From: a virus
Length of the DNA: 64,000 nt
Virus record (IMG/VR): IMGVR_UViG_3300032236_000862
Coordinates: 1-64,000 of that record
Strand: one strand, 5' to 3'
Positions 9,085-18,215 of the stretch are shown piece after piece. The position numbers and the translations under genes are program-made. The first letter of the stretch is position 1, and the number at the start of each line of letters is the position of its first letter. Below the pieces are notes generated by a model. The model was not told the DNA's origin, did no database searches, and saw only the letters and a program-made list of their open reading frames with translations.

Positions 9085-9767
9085 CATGAATACTCCTTTG
9101 GCTTACGCCATCGTCTTTTATAAACACCTGTTGTAGAGCGAAGAGTGCTGCTTCTTTCCACTTGATTATCTGTCTCAGTGTAGTCTTGGACGGATACCCA
9201 CTTATCCCTTTTAATGGGGATTAGCTGGGCAATCGGTGTTCCTGCAGGTATTGTACCTGTCCAACCCTCTCTTATGAAAAAGGGTACGTTACCCCAACCA
9301 GTAAACTCTTCGCTGTCAACAATCCCAGACATAGTAGTGAAAGGTAGGTCAAATCTATTTATTGGGTGCGTTAAAAGTGCGCTATATCCTGGAGGAACTT
9401 TCCAACCCCATTGACAGTTCCATGCAAGGTGGTTGTGGGCATGTCCAGCAGGACGTGGAATAGTATGGCCTGTCAAACCAAGTCGTTCGGTTAACACGGG
9501 GAAGCCTGTCTCTTCCCAGCTTAATCTAGATAGGCCCTCTTCGTCTAAAGTTACTTCTACATCAACGGGGGTAACCAACATATAACCAGAAATCATTGCG
9601 TCTAGAAAAGGTACACAGACTTTTAAGCCGTCGTATTTGACGCCATGCTTATCATAGTAATGACGCTCAGCATTTTTATACCAGTCTGGGACTTCGCTCT
9701 TTGCTGGTACTGGCGGTTTATGTTCTTTTTTTACACCAGGACTAGGTACAAACCTAAAGACCTTCAT
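9084..9767 (-). CDS. DUF6065-like (dUTPase-fold-like) protein, copy B
   Basis: K.C.PF.D...GY, W.W..P.G.S.L.THP.NR.DLPF, GTP.AQ.IP.KR; strongly similar to 15500-16192. Confidence 0.6.
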   Translation of the reverse strand: MKVFRFVPSPGVKKEHKPPVPAKSEVPDWYKNAERHYYDKHGVKYDGLKVCVPFLDAMISGYMLVTPVDVEVTLDEEGLSRLSWEETGFPVLTERLGLTGHTIPRPAGHAHNHLAWNCQWGWKVPPGYSALLTHPINRFDLPFTTMSGIVDSEEFTGWGNVPFFIREGWTGTIPAGTPIAQLIPIKRDKWVSVQDYTETDNQVERSSTLRSTTGVYKRRWRKPKEYS

Positions 9768-9786
9768 GCGCTCCTCCGTAAACTTT

Positions 9787-11052
9787 TTAACCTGTGATCG
9801 TGGCCGTAAAGTAACCTAAGGTACTTCCCTGAGCTTGATCCGACGTAGTCAAAATTATACCAGCTTTTGTTGCGGTAGGAGAACTGCCTAAAGTGGTTGT
9901 GGCGGTACCTACGCTAGTGGTTTGTGAATTATCGCTAAACGCTGTGGCGGTAACTGAAGTACCGTGAACTACAACCTTTAGAGAAGCTAAAATACCACTT
10001 AGGGTGGTGGTGGCAAGCGTGGAAACTGTTCCGGCCACTGATTGGTAAATTTTAAGCAAATACCGGATGTTCGTAGTTGTGGCAGACCCTGTTGCTGTAT
10101 AGGTAGATGAAACAGTATAACTACCGGTAGACGAGTAGGTTCCGGAATAGTATGGAGAGTAATTTGTGTAGGATCCTAGTGAACTATAAGAGGTGTAAGT
10201 TTGTGCTGTATATGGACTACTTACATCGCCAGTATTAGCTACAGCGTTGTTATATGAGGTGTAGGTTGGTTGAACATACGTGCTGTAGGTACCGTATTGA
10301 ACTACATACCGCTGTGAACCAACATATTGTCCGCCACCTATGTAAATATATGGTGCCTGGTATACACCAGGGTTTGCGGCGTAATACTGGTAGGTTCCGT
10401 GATCCCAATACCCTGCAGTAACATAGTTATACACGGTAGAGTATACGTATGCTCCGTCCCAAGAATAGTTGGTTCCTGAAACATAGTTTCCTGTACCTTG
10501 ATAAACAGTAGAGTAGTAGTAAGTGGTTCCGCTCGCATAATAACCTAGTGGCGTACCTGAGGTATATGGGGTGGCGTAGGTGTATGGGGCTGCATATGTG
10601 TACGGGGCAGTATAAGAATATGAGTACGTAAAGTAAGTATCGCTCTCAACACCCACAGCAGCAAGCCAGTTATTAGCATCAGTAACTAAAAAGGCAATAC
10701 CACTACCTAGGCTTACGTCGGCAGCAGTAGCGGTTATGTTTGGGTTACCCATATCTGTAGTAGATAGGGTGTTGTTTGAAGGAGAATCATAAGTTACTGC
10801 TTTTCCTGTAGCAGCAGCCCAGGTTCCCTTAAGAGAGGTCCAAAGACCTCCGCTTGAAGAGGTTCCTAGAAATGGCCCACCACGATTAAAAGTATCGGCA
10901 AATGATCCAGTAAACCACTGATGCCAAACGCCACCAATTTTAACCCAACCAGATGTTACAGAGTGCCAGCTTTGAATACCGCCGGTTGTCACCTTAGTTA
11001 GAATACTACCAGCTGTACGCCAAACCCCGCCTACTTTGACTTGACCACTCAT
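9787..11052 (-). CDS. Tyr-rich virion appendage protein B
   Basis: N-terminal KVGGVW repeats, F.DTFNR...LGTSSSGG.W scaffold, Tyr/Thr/Ser-rich insert. Confidence 0.65.
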   Translation of the reverse strand: MSGQVKVGGVWRTAGSILTKVTTGGIQSWHSVTSGWVKIGGVWHQWFTGSFADTFNRGGPFLGTSSSGGLWTSLKGTWAAATGKAVTYDSPSNNTLSTTDMGNPNITATAADVSLGSGIAFLVTDANNWLAAVGVESDTYFTYSYSYTAPYTYAAPYTYATPYTSGTPLGYYASGTTYYYSTVYQGTGNYVSGTNYSWDGAYVYSTVYNYVTAGYWDHGTYQYYAANPGVYQAPYIYIGGGQYVGSQRYVVQYGTYSTYVQPTYTSYNNAVANTGDVSSPYTAQTYTSYSSLGSYTNYSPYYSGTYSSTGSYTVSSTYTATGSATTTNIRYLLKIYQSVAGTVSTLATTTLSGILASLKVVVHGTSVTATAFSDNSQTTSVGTATTTLGSSPTATKAGIILTTSDQAQGSTLGYFTATITG

Positions 11053-11987
11053 TATACATACACCAACCAGACATCGCCTTCAATGCCTTGTCCAGAGGTT
11101 GGGGTAGAAGTGCTTACCCACGTATTGCGTACCACGTTAGAGGATGCTGTTACTGTAGATGCTGTTGTGACTGATCCGTTAGTCTGAGAGACGTATGAGG
11201 TTGTAGGTGTCTGCCAAGCAGGTAGGCCAGCAACCACTGTAAGAACTTGTCCGGTAGATCCGATACCCAAGCGTGTGTTTCCGCTGTTATAGATATGAAG
11301 GTCGCCGTTTGTTGTCAAAGTGCTTGTAGGAAGATATGAAGGTAGGGTAGACCAGGTTGGGATACCCCCAGAAACGGTCAGATACTGCCCTGTAGAGCCA
11401 ATACCTATGCGGCCTACAGTAGATGACCCAGTACCGTAGATAAGGTCTCCAGCGGTCGTTACAGTCGAAAGAGGGACCTTTGTAGCGATGGAGTTAGGCA
11501 GGGTTGTTGTAATAGATGTATTTAGGGAGTTGTAGTCAGTGCTGCCCACATAGAGAACGTTGCTTCCGCTTACCTGTGGAATACCCAAATAGCTTAAGGT
11601 AAACCCTGCTGTAGTAAGAAGGTTATTGGTTCCAGAACCAGTAGTTAGGGTGAGGCCCACACCGCCAGCAGAACTGGTAAGGATGGTGCTGCCGCCAGTT
11701 TTAGATACATACGGAGCGTTACCTACGCCATAGATCAGACCGTTTTCAATGTTTGCAAGACGCTGAGCTAGGGTAGTCCAGGATGTTGTACCTGTGCTAA
11801 AAGCTGTAGATGATGTGAAGTTAGATACAAGAACGCCGCCTGCAAAGCCGTCAGAAGGAACTCCGAGGCCTGTCTCAATAGCTCTGACTTCTTGCTGCAG
11901 AGAGTTTACGTCATTAGCTACAACAGTATCCTGAAGATCTACACGAGCTGTGTAGGGATAGACTGCACTAGGAAAACCGACTGTCAT
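11052..11987 (-). CDS. Tail fibre-like protein
   Basis: A.DVN.LQ.E..AIE start; two TT.GDL...R.GIGSTGQ.LTV..G.P.W repeats; C-terminal GD.W. Confidence 0.7.
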   Translation of the reverse strand: MTVGFPSAVYPYTARVDLQDTVVANDVNSLQQEVRAIETGLGVPSDGFAGGVLVSNFTSSTAFSTGTTSWTTLAQRLANIENGLIYGVGNAPYVSKTGGSTILTSSAGGVGLTLTTGSGTNNLLTTAGFTLSYLGIPQVSGSNVLYVGSTDYNSLNTSITTTLPNSIATKVPLSTVTTAGDLIYGTGSSTVGRIGIGSTGQYLTVSGGIPTWSTLPSYLPTSTLTTNGDLHIYNSGNTRLGIGSTGQVLTVVAGLPAWQTPTTSYVSQTNGSVTTASTVTASSNVVRNTWVSTSTPTSGQGIEGDVWLVYV

Positions 11988-12043
11988 ATAAACTCCTTCG
12001 CTTAATGCCCCCCACGATACCTGAAAACTACGGGATTGTCTGC

Positions 12044-12478
12044 CTAGCCAACTAGGTACTTGGTGCAGACCCCATAGATACCCTCAAAGATAGTTAAATC
12101 TTGGGGCTCTGTTAAGACCACGATTGACTTGTTGGTCAAGGTCTTGCCTGGGTAGGTCCAGATATATCCATTACTTGTCAGGGTGTGGTCGTCATTCTGG
12201 TGCCAGAAGAACCTGGCATCCGGGATGTTGTTAGAAAAATAGCCTAGGGCTTCTATGTTCTTGCAGTGGAACCAGGCTTTATCTTTAATAGAGTTGATAA
12301 ACTCCTCGTCAATCTGGTAGAAGGGTTCGTCATGTCCTAGGAACATACCCTCCGGATTCATCCAGACGTCCACTTCTACGTCATAGCCTTGAGCAATAGC
12401 AGAGATCACATCAACCGGGTTATTCTCCCCGTCTTTGTTCTCCCCACGGACCATACCCCTGTGGGCAATCTTAATCAT
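12044..12478 (-). CDS. GDPD/PLC-like phosphodiesterase-fold protein
   Basis: IAHRG, EN, GYDVEVDVW, LGHD.P, W.HCKN. Confidence 0.75.
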   Translation of the reverse strand: MIKIAHRGMVRGENKDGENNPVDVISAIAQGYDVEVDVWMNPEGMFLGHDEPFYQIDEEFINSIKDKAWFHCKNIEALGYFSNNIPDARFFWHQNDDHTLTSNGYIWTYPGKTLTNKSIVVLTEPQDLTIFEGIYGVCTKYLVG

Positions 12479-13829
12479 TGTTGCTCCTCAAATAGTTGTT
12501 TAGATCCTCTGGAGTTCCAACTCCCCACATCTTATTAACATGCATAGCGTAGACACGCTTCCCGTCATTAATAGCTTCATTAAATACTGGGGCAGTGTAG
12601 AACTCTCCGTTGACAGTGATGTTCTTTTCAATCATCTGCTGAGCATACTTAACAAAGTCTGACCCATGCTTCCAATAGTAGATGCCCACTGTAGCGTGAT
12701 TACTAATAGGCTTCTTCTCAGCAACCTCTAAGACAAGGCCGGTATCGGAAGCGACTCTTGCATACGACCACTTAGGGTGGGTAGAGGTAAAGGTGGCAAT
12801 ACCTGCGTCAGCATTCTTGACATGCATGTGGTACATAAACTCTCTGCTATCCCAGTCAACTATCTGATCTGAGTTAGCTATGATGAGAGGGGCATCCATA
12901 TCAATGAAGTCTTTTGCCAATAAGCAGGTCTGTGCAGCCCCGCCTGTGAGATAAGGTGTTCCGACCAAGGTGCAGCCGGGGGTCATCCTATCTAACATGA
13001 ACATAAGGTTATACTTCTCAATGTGTTCTTGCAAAGACACATAAATATACTTAGCCTCTATACCAAGGCTTTCAACTACACGCTCAATCATAGGCTTGCC
13101 ATTTACCTCAATTAAGGGCTTGGGGAAGCTGTAACCAGCCTCAGCAAAACGACTACCTAACCCTGCCATAGGAATAAGGACGTTTAGTTTCTGGTCTTTA
13201 AAAGAAGAGGTCTTAGAAAGATGTTCAATAGCCATATCAATCTTTTCCTTTGTTAGGTCCGCCCTATTTTTGACCTCTATTAGATGGGCTCCGCTATCCC
13301 TAGCAGCAAGCTTACCTACAAAGCTATCTTCAAAAATAACTACCTTCTCTGGAATAGTCCTAAGGTGGCTCATCACAGCCCAGTACATCTCTGGATGGGG
13401 CTTGGGATTTTCAACGCTTTCATTTGATAAGGCAATATCAACATAGGAAAGTACCCCTAACTTAGTTAGGCAATCCCTTACTGTGTTGCCGATGCTATTG
13501 CTAGCAACACCTATCTTAATTCCTTTTGAGGCAATAAGCTCAAAGTATTCAATAAGGCCATTATCTTCTAAGACTTCAGCAAACATCTCAGTCGTGTACT
13601 GCTGCTTTAACTCCCAGATTAAAGGGTGAACTTCTTGAGATAACCCTTTATTTTCTGATAGTAAAAATAGCTTTTCTTTAGTAGGAAGGCCTTCGTATAT
13701 GTTAGTGTGCTCAAAGGGGCTAATCACACTTTCTGGGGATACATCTGCCAGCGCCTTGTTTAGGGCAAGAAAGTGAATATCCTTGCTGTCAATCAAGACA
13801 CCATCAAGATCAAAGATTATGACTTTATT
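12471..13829 (-). CDS. HAD phosphatase fused to a sugar nucleotidyltransferase (GT2_BcbE-like)
   Basis: FDLDGVL, KPHP, FEDS; then IPMAGLGSRF, PKPLI, IANSDQ, HPKWSY, EFY; likely start MNKVII. Confidence 0.85.
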   Translation of the reverse strand, partial: NKVIIFDLDGVLIDSKDIHFLALNKALADVSPESVISPFEHTNIYEGLPTKEKLFLLSENKGLSQEVHPLIWELKQQYTTEMFAEVLEDNGLIEYFELIASKGIKIGVASNSIGNTVRDCLTKLGVLSYVDIALSNESVENPKPHPEMYWAVMSHLRTIPEKVVIFEDSFVGKLAARDSGAHLIEVKNRADLTKEKIDMAIEHLSKTSSFKDQKLNVLIPMAGLGSRFAEAGYSFPKPLIEVNGKPMIERVVESLGIEAKYIYVSLQEHIEKYNLMFMLDRMTPGCTLVGTPYLTGGAAQTCLLAKDFIDMDAPLIIANSDQIVDWDSREFMYHMHVKNADAGIATFTSTHPKWSYARVASDTGLVLEVAEKKPISNHATVGIYYWKHGSDFVKYAQQMIEKNITVNGEFYTAPVFNEAINDGKRVYAMHVNKMWGVGTPEDLNNYLRSNND

Positions 13830-14836
13830 CATGCGGATAACCATGCTTTCAAGAAGGAATCGTTTTCAATAGTACTTATGACTTCTTCAGAGCTTCTATT
13901 TAAGTTAGGAATTGATACATACCTATGCCCCAAACGAGCAGCCATTAGATGGTAGAAGTGATGCATCTCTTCCGTTCCTACAGAAGGAGGTTCAGTAACC
14001 CCATTGCCCACTTTAGTAAACGCAATTAATGGAGTGGTTAGCTCTAATACCGCAGACCCTGGAGGCATAAATGCTGCGTTGACAAGTCCAGAACTAGTGG
14101 TGGATGCAACCAGCTTAGCCTTACTAAAATAGCTGATCTGGGATTCAAAGGTTTTAAACTCATCTGGAGCCACAATCTCAAACCCCAAAGAAGCAAAGTA
14201 TTCCTCTACCTTGCCCTCATCGTCCATGCGATCATCGTCTTCATAGGGAAGTCGTCCCTTAATCAAAGCTTTTAATGACCTACCCTTATAATTTTTTCTT
14301 GATAGGTATACCTTTTTACCGTCTGCAATATTTACATCCGGGGTAACAAATTGTTTGGACATCTCATGAATTCTTGGCCACGGGTTGTTAACCTCATAGG
14401 ACTCAACATTAAGATCCCTGAAGTACAGGTTATTGACATTAAACTTGTTCATAACCCTAAGATCTACAGGGGCATAGTCTACGTTGTTCTTGTTAAGAAA
14501 CTTAAAGAAGTTCTGGATATAGGTAGGCAGTGGATCCCTATCTACAACTCCGGTGATGTCAATAACGAACAGAGCGTCAGGAGTTAAGGCGTACTGAGCT
14601 AAAAACTCTCCCAGGTCTTCATGCATGAAGTGGTAGAAAGATGCCCCAAGATATACAAACACCTTCATCTGATCTGAAACAAGGTCTTTTACATGCTTCT
14701 CTTTTTTACCAAACTTAGGGTGGACCTGAAAAATATTGATGTTATTGGCCGCAACTAACCCTACTTCTTCTGGGGCAAAGCGGTAAGACGTTTGATACGA
14801 CGTATGGTTTAGCGTAGTTGTGCTAGTAGACTTCAT
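13829..14836 (-). CDS. Glycosyltransferase family 61-like
   Basis: FYHF, KVYLSR, GFEIV.P, F..QI..F..A, SGL.N..FM.PG..VLEL. Confidence 0.8.
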   Translation of the reverse strand: MKSTSTTTLNHTSYQTSYRFAPEEVGLVAANNINIFQVHPKFGKKEKHVKDLVSDQMKVFVYLGASFYHFMHEDLGEFLAQYALTPDALFVIDITGVVDRDPLPTYIQNFFKFLNKNNVDYAPVDLRVMNKFNVNNLYFRDLNVESYEVNNPWPRIHEMSKQFVTPDVNIADGKKVYLSRKNYKGRSLKALIKGRLPYEDDDRMDDEGKVEEYFASLGFEIVAPDEFKTFESQISYFSKAKLVASTTSSGLVNAAFMPPGSAVLELTTPLIAFTKVGNGVTEPPSVGTEEMHHFYHLMAARLGHRYVSIPNLNRSSEEVISTIENDSFLKAWLSA

Positions 14837-14838
14837 TG

Positions 14839-15114
14839 TTATCCCTCTATTATTTTTGTCAAATCATCTTCTGTGAGTTCCCTATCAAAAGGGAGATCCG
14901 GAGTTACCCACTTGTTTAGTGGGCAGGTGGCGTCTTGGAGCTTAACTTTAGCATTCATTATGCATCCGCATTCACGGCACTGGTGGGTTAGCTTGATAAA
15001 CCGCTCACAGCCTTTGCAGGTATTAAGCCTGTTTTGGGCAATAGCCGGAAGTGCACGCTCCATGTTCTTGTTTAACATGTCCCATGGCTTTACTTCCCTT
15101 GGGGCATCAGACAT
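14839..15114 (-). CDS. Cys-rich small protein (DUF6171-like)
   Basis: RL..C..C...C..CGC...K......CP..KW. Confidence 0.65.
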   Translation of the reverse strand: MSDAPREVKPWDMLNKNMERALPAIAQNRLNTCKGCERFIKLTHQCRECGCIMNAKVKLQDATCPLNKWVTPDLPFDRELTEDDLTKIIEG

Positions 15115-15500
15115 TACTCTGCACCTCTTCGGGTCACCCCTTGTACATTAAACGGCTCAAACTTACCGTCTTTATACATAGATCCAATAGTTGGGCGTTC
15201 ATCACCCTCATTGACCGGTGCAAATACTGGGCCCTTTAAAAGAATATCCGCAAAACCCTTTTGAACATTCATGACATCTACAACCACATCATCTAAGACA
15301 ATGGCTAAAGAAACTACCTCTATACCGGTAGGCTGCTCATTTACTGCGCATTCGGGACCGTGCACGTGCTCCGCAGGGGCATGGTTGTGCTCATGGCTGT
15401 GCTTCTTTTCCCTACGCTTGTTCTTTAGGTACTTAGCAAACTCTTTAGTGCCCATAGGCTTAATCTCTGGAACGTCGTAGTTCCTAATGACTTTATCCAT
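15114..15500 (-). CDS. His-rich protein with a C-terminal domain paralogous to 16210-16452
   Basis: HSHEHNHAPAEHVHGPEC then LAIVLDDVVVDV...P.F; start taken from the TAATG overlap at 15500. Confidence 0.6.
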   Translation of the reverse strand: MDKVIRNYDVPEIKPMGTKEFAKYLKNKRREKKHSHEHNHAPAEHVHGPECAVNEQPTGIEVVSLAIVLDDVVVDVMNVQKGFADILLKGPVFAPVNEGDERPTIGSMYKDGKFEPFNVQGVTRRGAE

Positions 15501-16192
15501 TATTCGTAATCCTTCTTGACCCACTCAACGTTTTTATACTTGTATTGTTCGACACGTACATTTGCAGACTTAATTTTTCCCAAAGCCGTAAGACCTACGT
15601 CTACGAATGACCTCCACGAGTCTCTCTTTACGGGAATAATTTGAGCAAATGGGGTACCGGCAGGAATAGTTCCAGTCCAACCTTCTTTTAGGTGGAATGG
15701 GATATTACCATTAGTAAAGAACTTATCACTGTCAATAGTAGCAGACATAGTTCTAAATGGAAGATCGCCCCTATTAAAAGGGTGAGTAACAATAGTACTC
15801 CAGCCCCTGGGGGTTTTCCAACCCCACTTAGATGACCATACTAAATGGTTCTTGCGGTGCCCGGCAGGAATTGGAATAGTTGCTCCAATAGCCCCAGGAC
15901 GTTCCCCCACAAATCCAGCCCATTCATCTGGGCCATCCCACTTCAAACCGATCTTTCCATTTTCATCTTCGGTCACGTGGATATCAAAGGGTATAAGGAG
16001 AAAATACCCTCCGATCATTACATCAATAAAGGGTTTACAGGTCTTAAGGCCGGCTTGGTTGTTGCCGTTTTCATCAACCCAATGGAACTCGCCGTCCCTA
16101 TACCACTGAGGTACATGCTTCTTGCATGCCGCAGGTTCGAGCAACATCTTTTCTTTGTCTTCAATTTCTGGAACAAATCGTATTACTTTCAT
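15500..16192 (-). CDS. DUF6065-like protein, copy A
   Basis: Same motif set as 9084-9767. Confidence 0.6.
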   Translation of the reverse strand: MKVIRFVPEIEDKEKMLLEPAACKKHVPQWYRDGEFHWVDENGNNQAGLKTCKPFIDVMIGGYFLLIPFDIHVTEDENGKIGLKWDGPDEWAGFVGERPGAIGATIPIPAGHRKNHLVWSSKWGWKTPRGWSTIVTHPFNRGDLPFRTMSATIDSDKFFTNGNIPFHLKEGWTGTIPAGTPFAQIIPVKRDSWRSFVDVGLTALGKIKSANVRVEQYKYKNVEWVKKDYE

Positions 16193-16209
16193 AGTCGCCC
16201 TCCCAAATA

Positions 16210-16452
16210 CTATGCCTGTGCTGGTGGTGGTGTAAAGGTATCGTTCTCGTAGAGGAACCCAGGGTCAACATATAGTGTCTTAGGGATCTGTACAAATGTA
16301 GGGTTAGAAAGGTAGCGAGCAGCATCTGTAGTGTCTAGATTAAACACTGTGTGCACAACGCCGCCAATTACCATGGCAACCCTATAACGACCTGTTGTTT
16401 CAGGCGCCGTTGGTGGTACTAGAGGTGGAACTGGTAGCAAATCGTCAGCCAT
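16210..16452 (-). CDS. Small partner protein (possible fibre assembly chaperone)
   Basis: VAMVIGGVVHTVF...LSNPTFV; directly after the Cys/Tyr-rich gene. Confidence 0.55.
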   Translation of the reverse strand: MADDLLPVPPLVPPTAPETTGRYRVAMVIGGVVHTVFNLDTTDAARYLSNPTFVQIPKTLYVDPGFLYENDTFTPPPAQA

Positions 16453-16463
16453 GTATTATCTCC

Positions 16464-18215
16464 TTAGTTTGACTGGGAATTGAAGTCGTCTAGTTGATTA
16501 CCTTGAACGTAATCAGAAGGTCCTAGGACGATTCCAAACTTAGTGGCTATTGTAGCACCTGTTGCTGTATATGTGAGGTCGGAACCTACTTGGGTGGTCA
16601 AAGCGGTATTTGAGTATGGGCGGACAGTAATAACCTTAGTTACAGCATTGGTAATTACCTTAAAAGCTGCAGCAAGCTGGGATAGGCTCCAACGGGTAAT
16701 CTCAGATACAACGTTTCCTGAGGACTGGATAAGTCGGATATATCCTGGGAAGCAGGTCTGGCAGTTACAAGAGGTGTATCCGTATACTGGGCTGGAGCAA
16801 TATGGGGCATAGGTAGAGTAATAAACCGTACATACTGGGCCATAATAGTTGTTTGTGTAAGAGTTGCAGTTAGGTCCAGAGTAGCTTACTATGCCGTAGC
16901 CGGCTACGTTAGGTCCAGAATAACTGACAATTCCGTAGTTGGCTAATGGGCCAGAGTAGCTAGTAAGTCCGTAGTTAGCATTTGGGCCAGAATAGCTGCT
17001 GGCTCCATAACCGTTACAGGTTGGGCCATTATAGCTTGAGATGCTATAAGAAACGCAAGTGCTTCCCGCATACACAACGCAGCTATAGCTTGCTACGCCA
17101 TATGCAGCGCAGCTATAGTAGGTTGAGTACGCCAAACAACCCGATACATACGCAGTACAGCCGTAGTTGCCCGAGCTTCCCTTAATGTAATAGTTGCCGC
17201 CCTTGTAGTAAACGTTGCTATAGCTTGTTACTCCATAGGAGCCACAGGCACCAGAATAATAAGTGGAGCATGCCCCACCAGATGAGTAAGATGAACAGCC
17301 GTAGTTATTTTGATAAGCAACACATTGAGGGGAGTAAGCTCCACAGGAATAGTTGGCCGAATAGGAATACCCTCCGGTACAGCCGTATCCAGTAATAGCG
17401 TACGAATAGCTGCTTACCCCATAGTTTGCTGCGTATGAGTAAGAAGAGATGCCGTAGTTTGTAGCATAGGAATAGGATGTTGCACCATAGTTAGTGGCGT
17501 AGGAGTATCCTCCGGTACAGGATGCGCTTACATAGTAGGCATAGTTACCACAGTAGCTTCCGGTAACATAGTTGGTAAATCCTGCACAAGAGTATGTAGC
17601 ACAAGTAGAGCAGTTACATGAGGTGTTGGTTGAACGGCCATAGGTTACGCCCCACCAGTTACCTGAGTCAGTAACCCATAGGGCAACTCCCGCACCACCA
17701 TCATTATTGCGGGTGGCAACGTTAGTAATGGTTCCTGTGGTAGGGGCTATGGTGGCCTGTACTTCAAGGGTAATCTGGCTTGAGCTATCTACAGAAACGA
17801 TCTGAATATCGCTATCTGATCCCAATGATCCGGTACCAGCTGTGGCTGAGATCCATTGTCCAGGTGCAAGTCCTCCTGTAGAACTAAGACCTGTAATAAC
17901 AACCGTATACCCACTAGTTGTGGCCGTTACGGTGGAGATAGTTCCTGAGGCAGAGAAGACAAAGGTAGATCCAACAGAGATTGATGAGGTATTGTTGCTG
18001 GAGGTCATATTGATATCAGCAAGGGGGAATGAAGATGCTGCTGTGGCAGTAGTAGCAGAGTATCCGTTGGCGCTCCAAACGCCACGCTCTGCGTTCCAAG
18101 CACCGCCTGAGCTAGATGTTCCTAGCGAACCTGAGGTGGTTCTGTTAAAGTTATCCGAAAAGGTAGCAAACGCCGTTTGGATAAAGTTCATTAACCCTTG
18201 AAAAATACCAGACAT
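16464..18215 (-). CDS. Cys/Tyr-rich virion appendage protein A
   Basis: FSDNFNR...LGTSSSGGAW scaffold shared with 9787-11052; 24-Cys insert. Confidence 0.7.
   Translation of the reverse strand: MSGIFQGLMNFIQTAFATFSDNFNRTTSGSLGTSSSGGAWNAERGVWSANGYSATTATAASSFPLADINMTSSNNTSSISVGSTFVFSASGTISTVTATTSGYTVVITGLSSTGGLAPGQWISATAGTGSLGSDSDIQIVSVDSSSQITLEVQATIAPTTGTITNVATRNNDGGAGVALWVTDSGNWWGVTYGRSTNTSCNCSTCATYSCAGFTNYVTGSYCGNYAYYVSASCTGGYSYATNYGATSYSYATNYGISSYSYAANYGVSSYSYAITGYGCTGGYSYSANYSCGAYSPQCVAYQNNYGCSSYSSGGACSTYYSGACGSYGVTSYSNVYYKGGNYYIKGSSGNYGCTAYVSGCLAYSTYYSCAAYGVASYSCVVYAGSTCVSYSISSYNGPTCNGYGASSYSGPNANYGLTSYSGPLANYGIVSYSGPNVAGYGIVSYSGPNCNSYTNNYYGPVCTVYYSTYAPYCSSPVYGYTSCNCQTCFPGYIRLIQSSGNVVSEITRWSLSQLAAAFKVITNAVTKVITVRPYSNTALTTQVGSDLTYTATGATIATKFGIVLGPSDYVQGNQLDDFNSQSN

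Noticed and set aside
9787-18215. Diversity-generating retroelement as the source of the Tyr/Asn/Ser-rich segments
   Set aside because: No reverse transcriptase and no template/variable repeat pair differing only at adenines seen in this window
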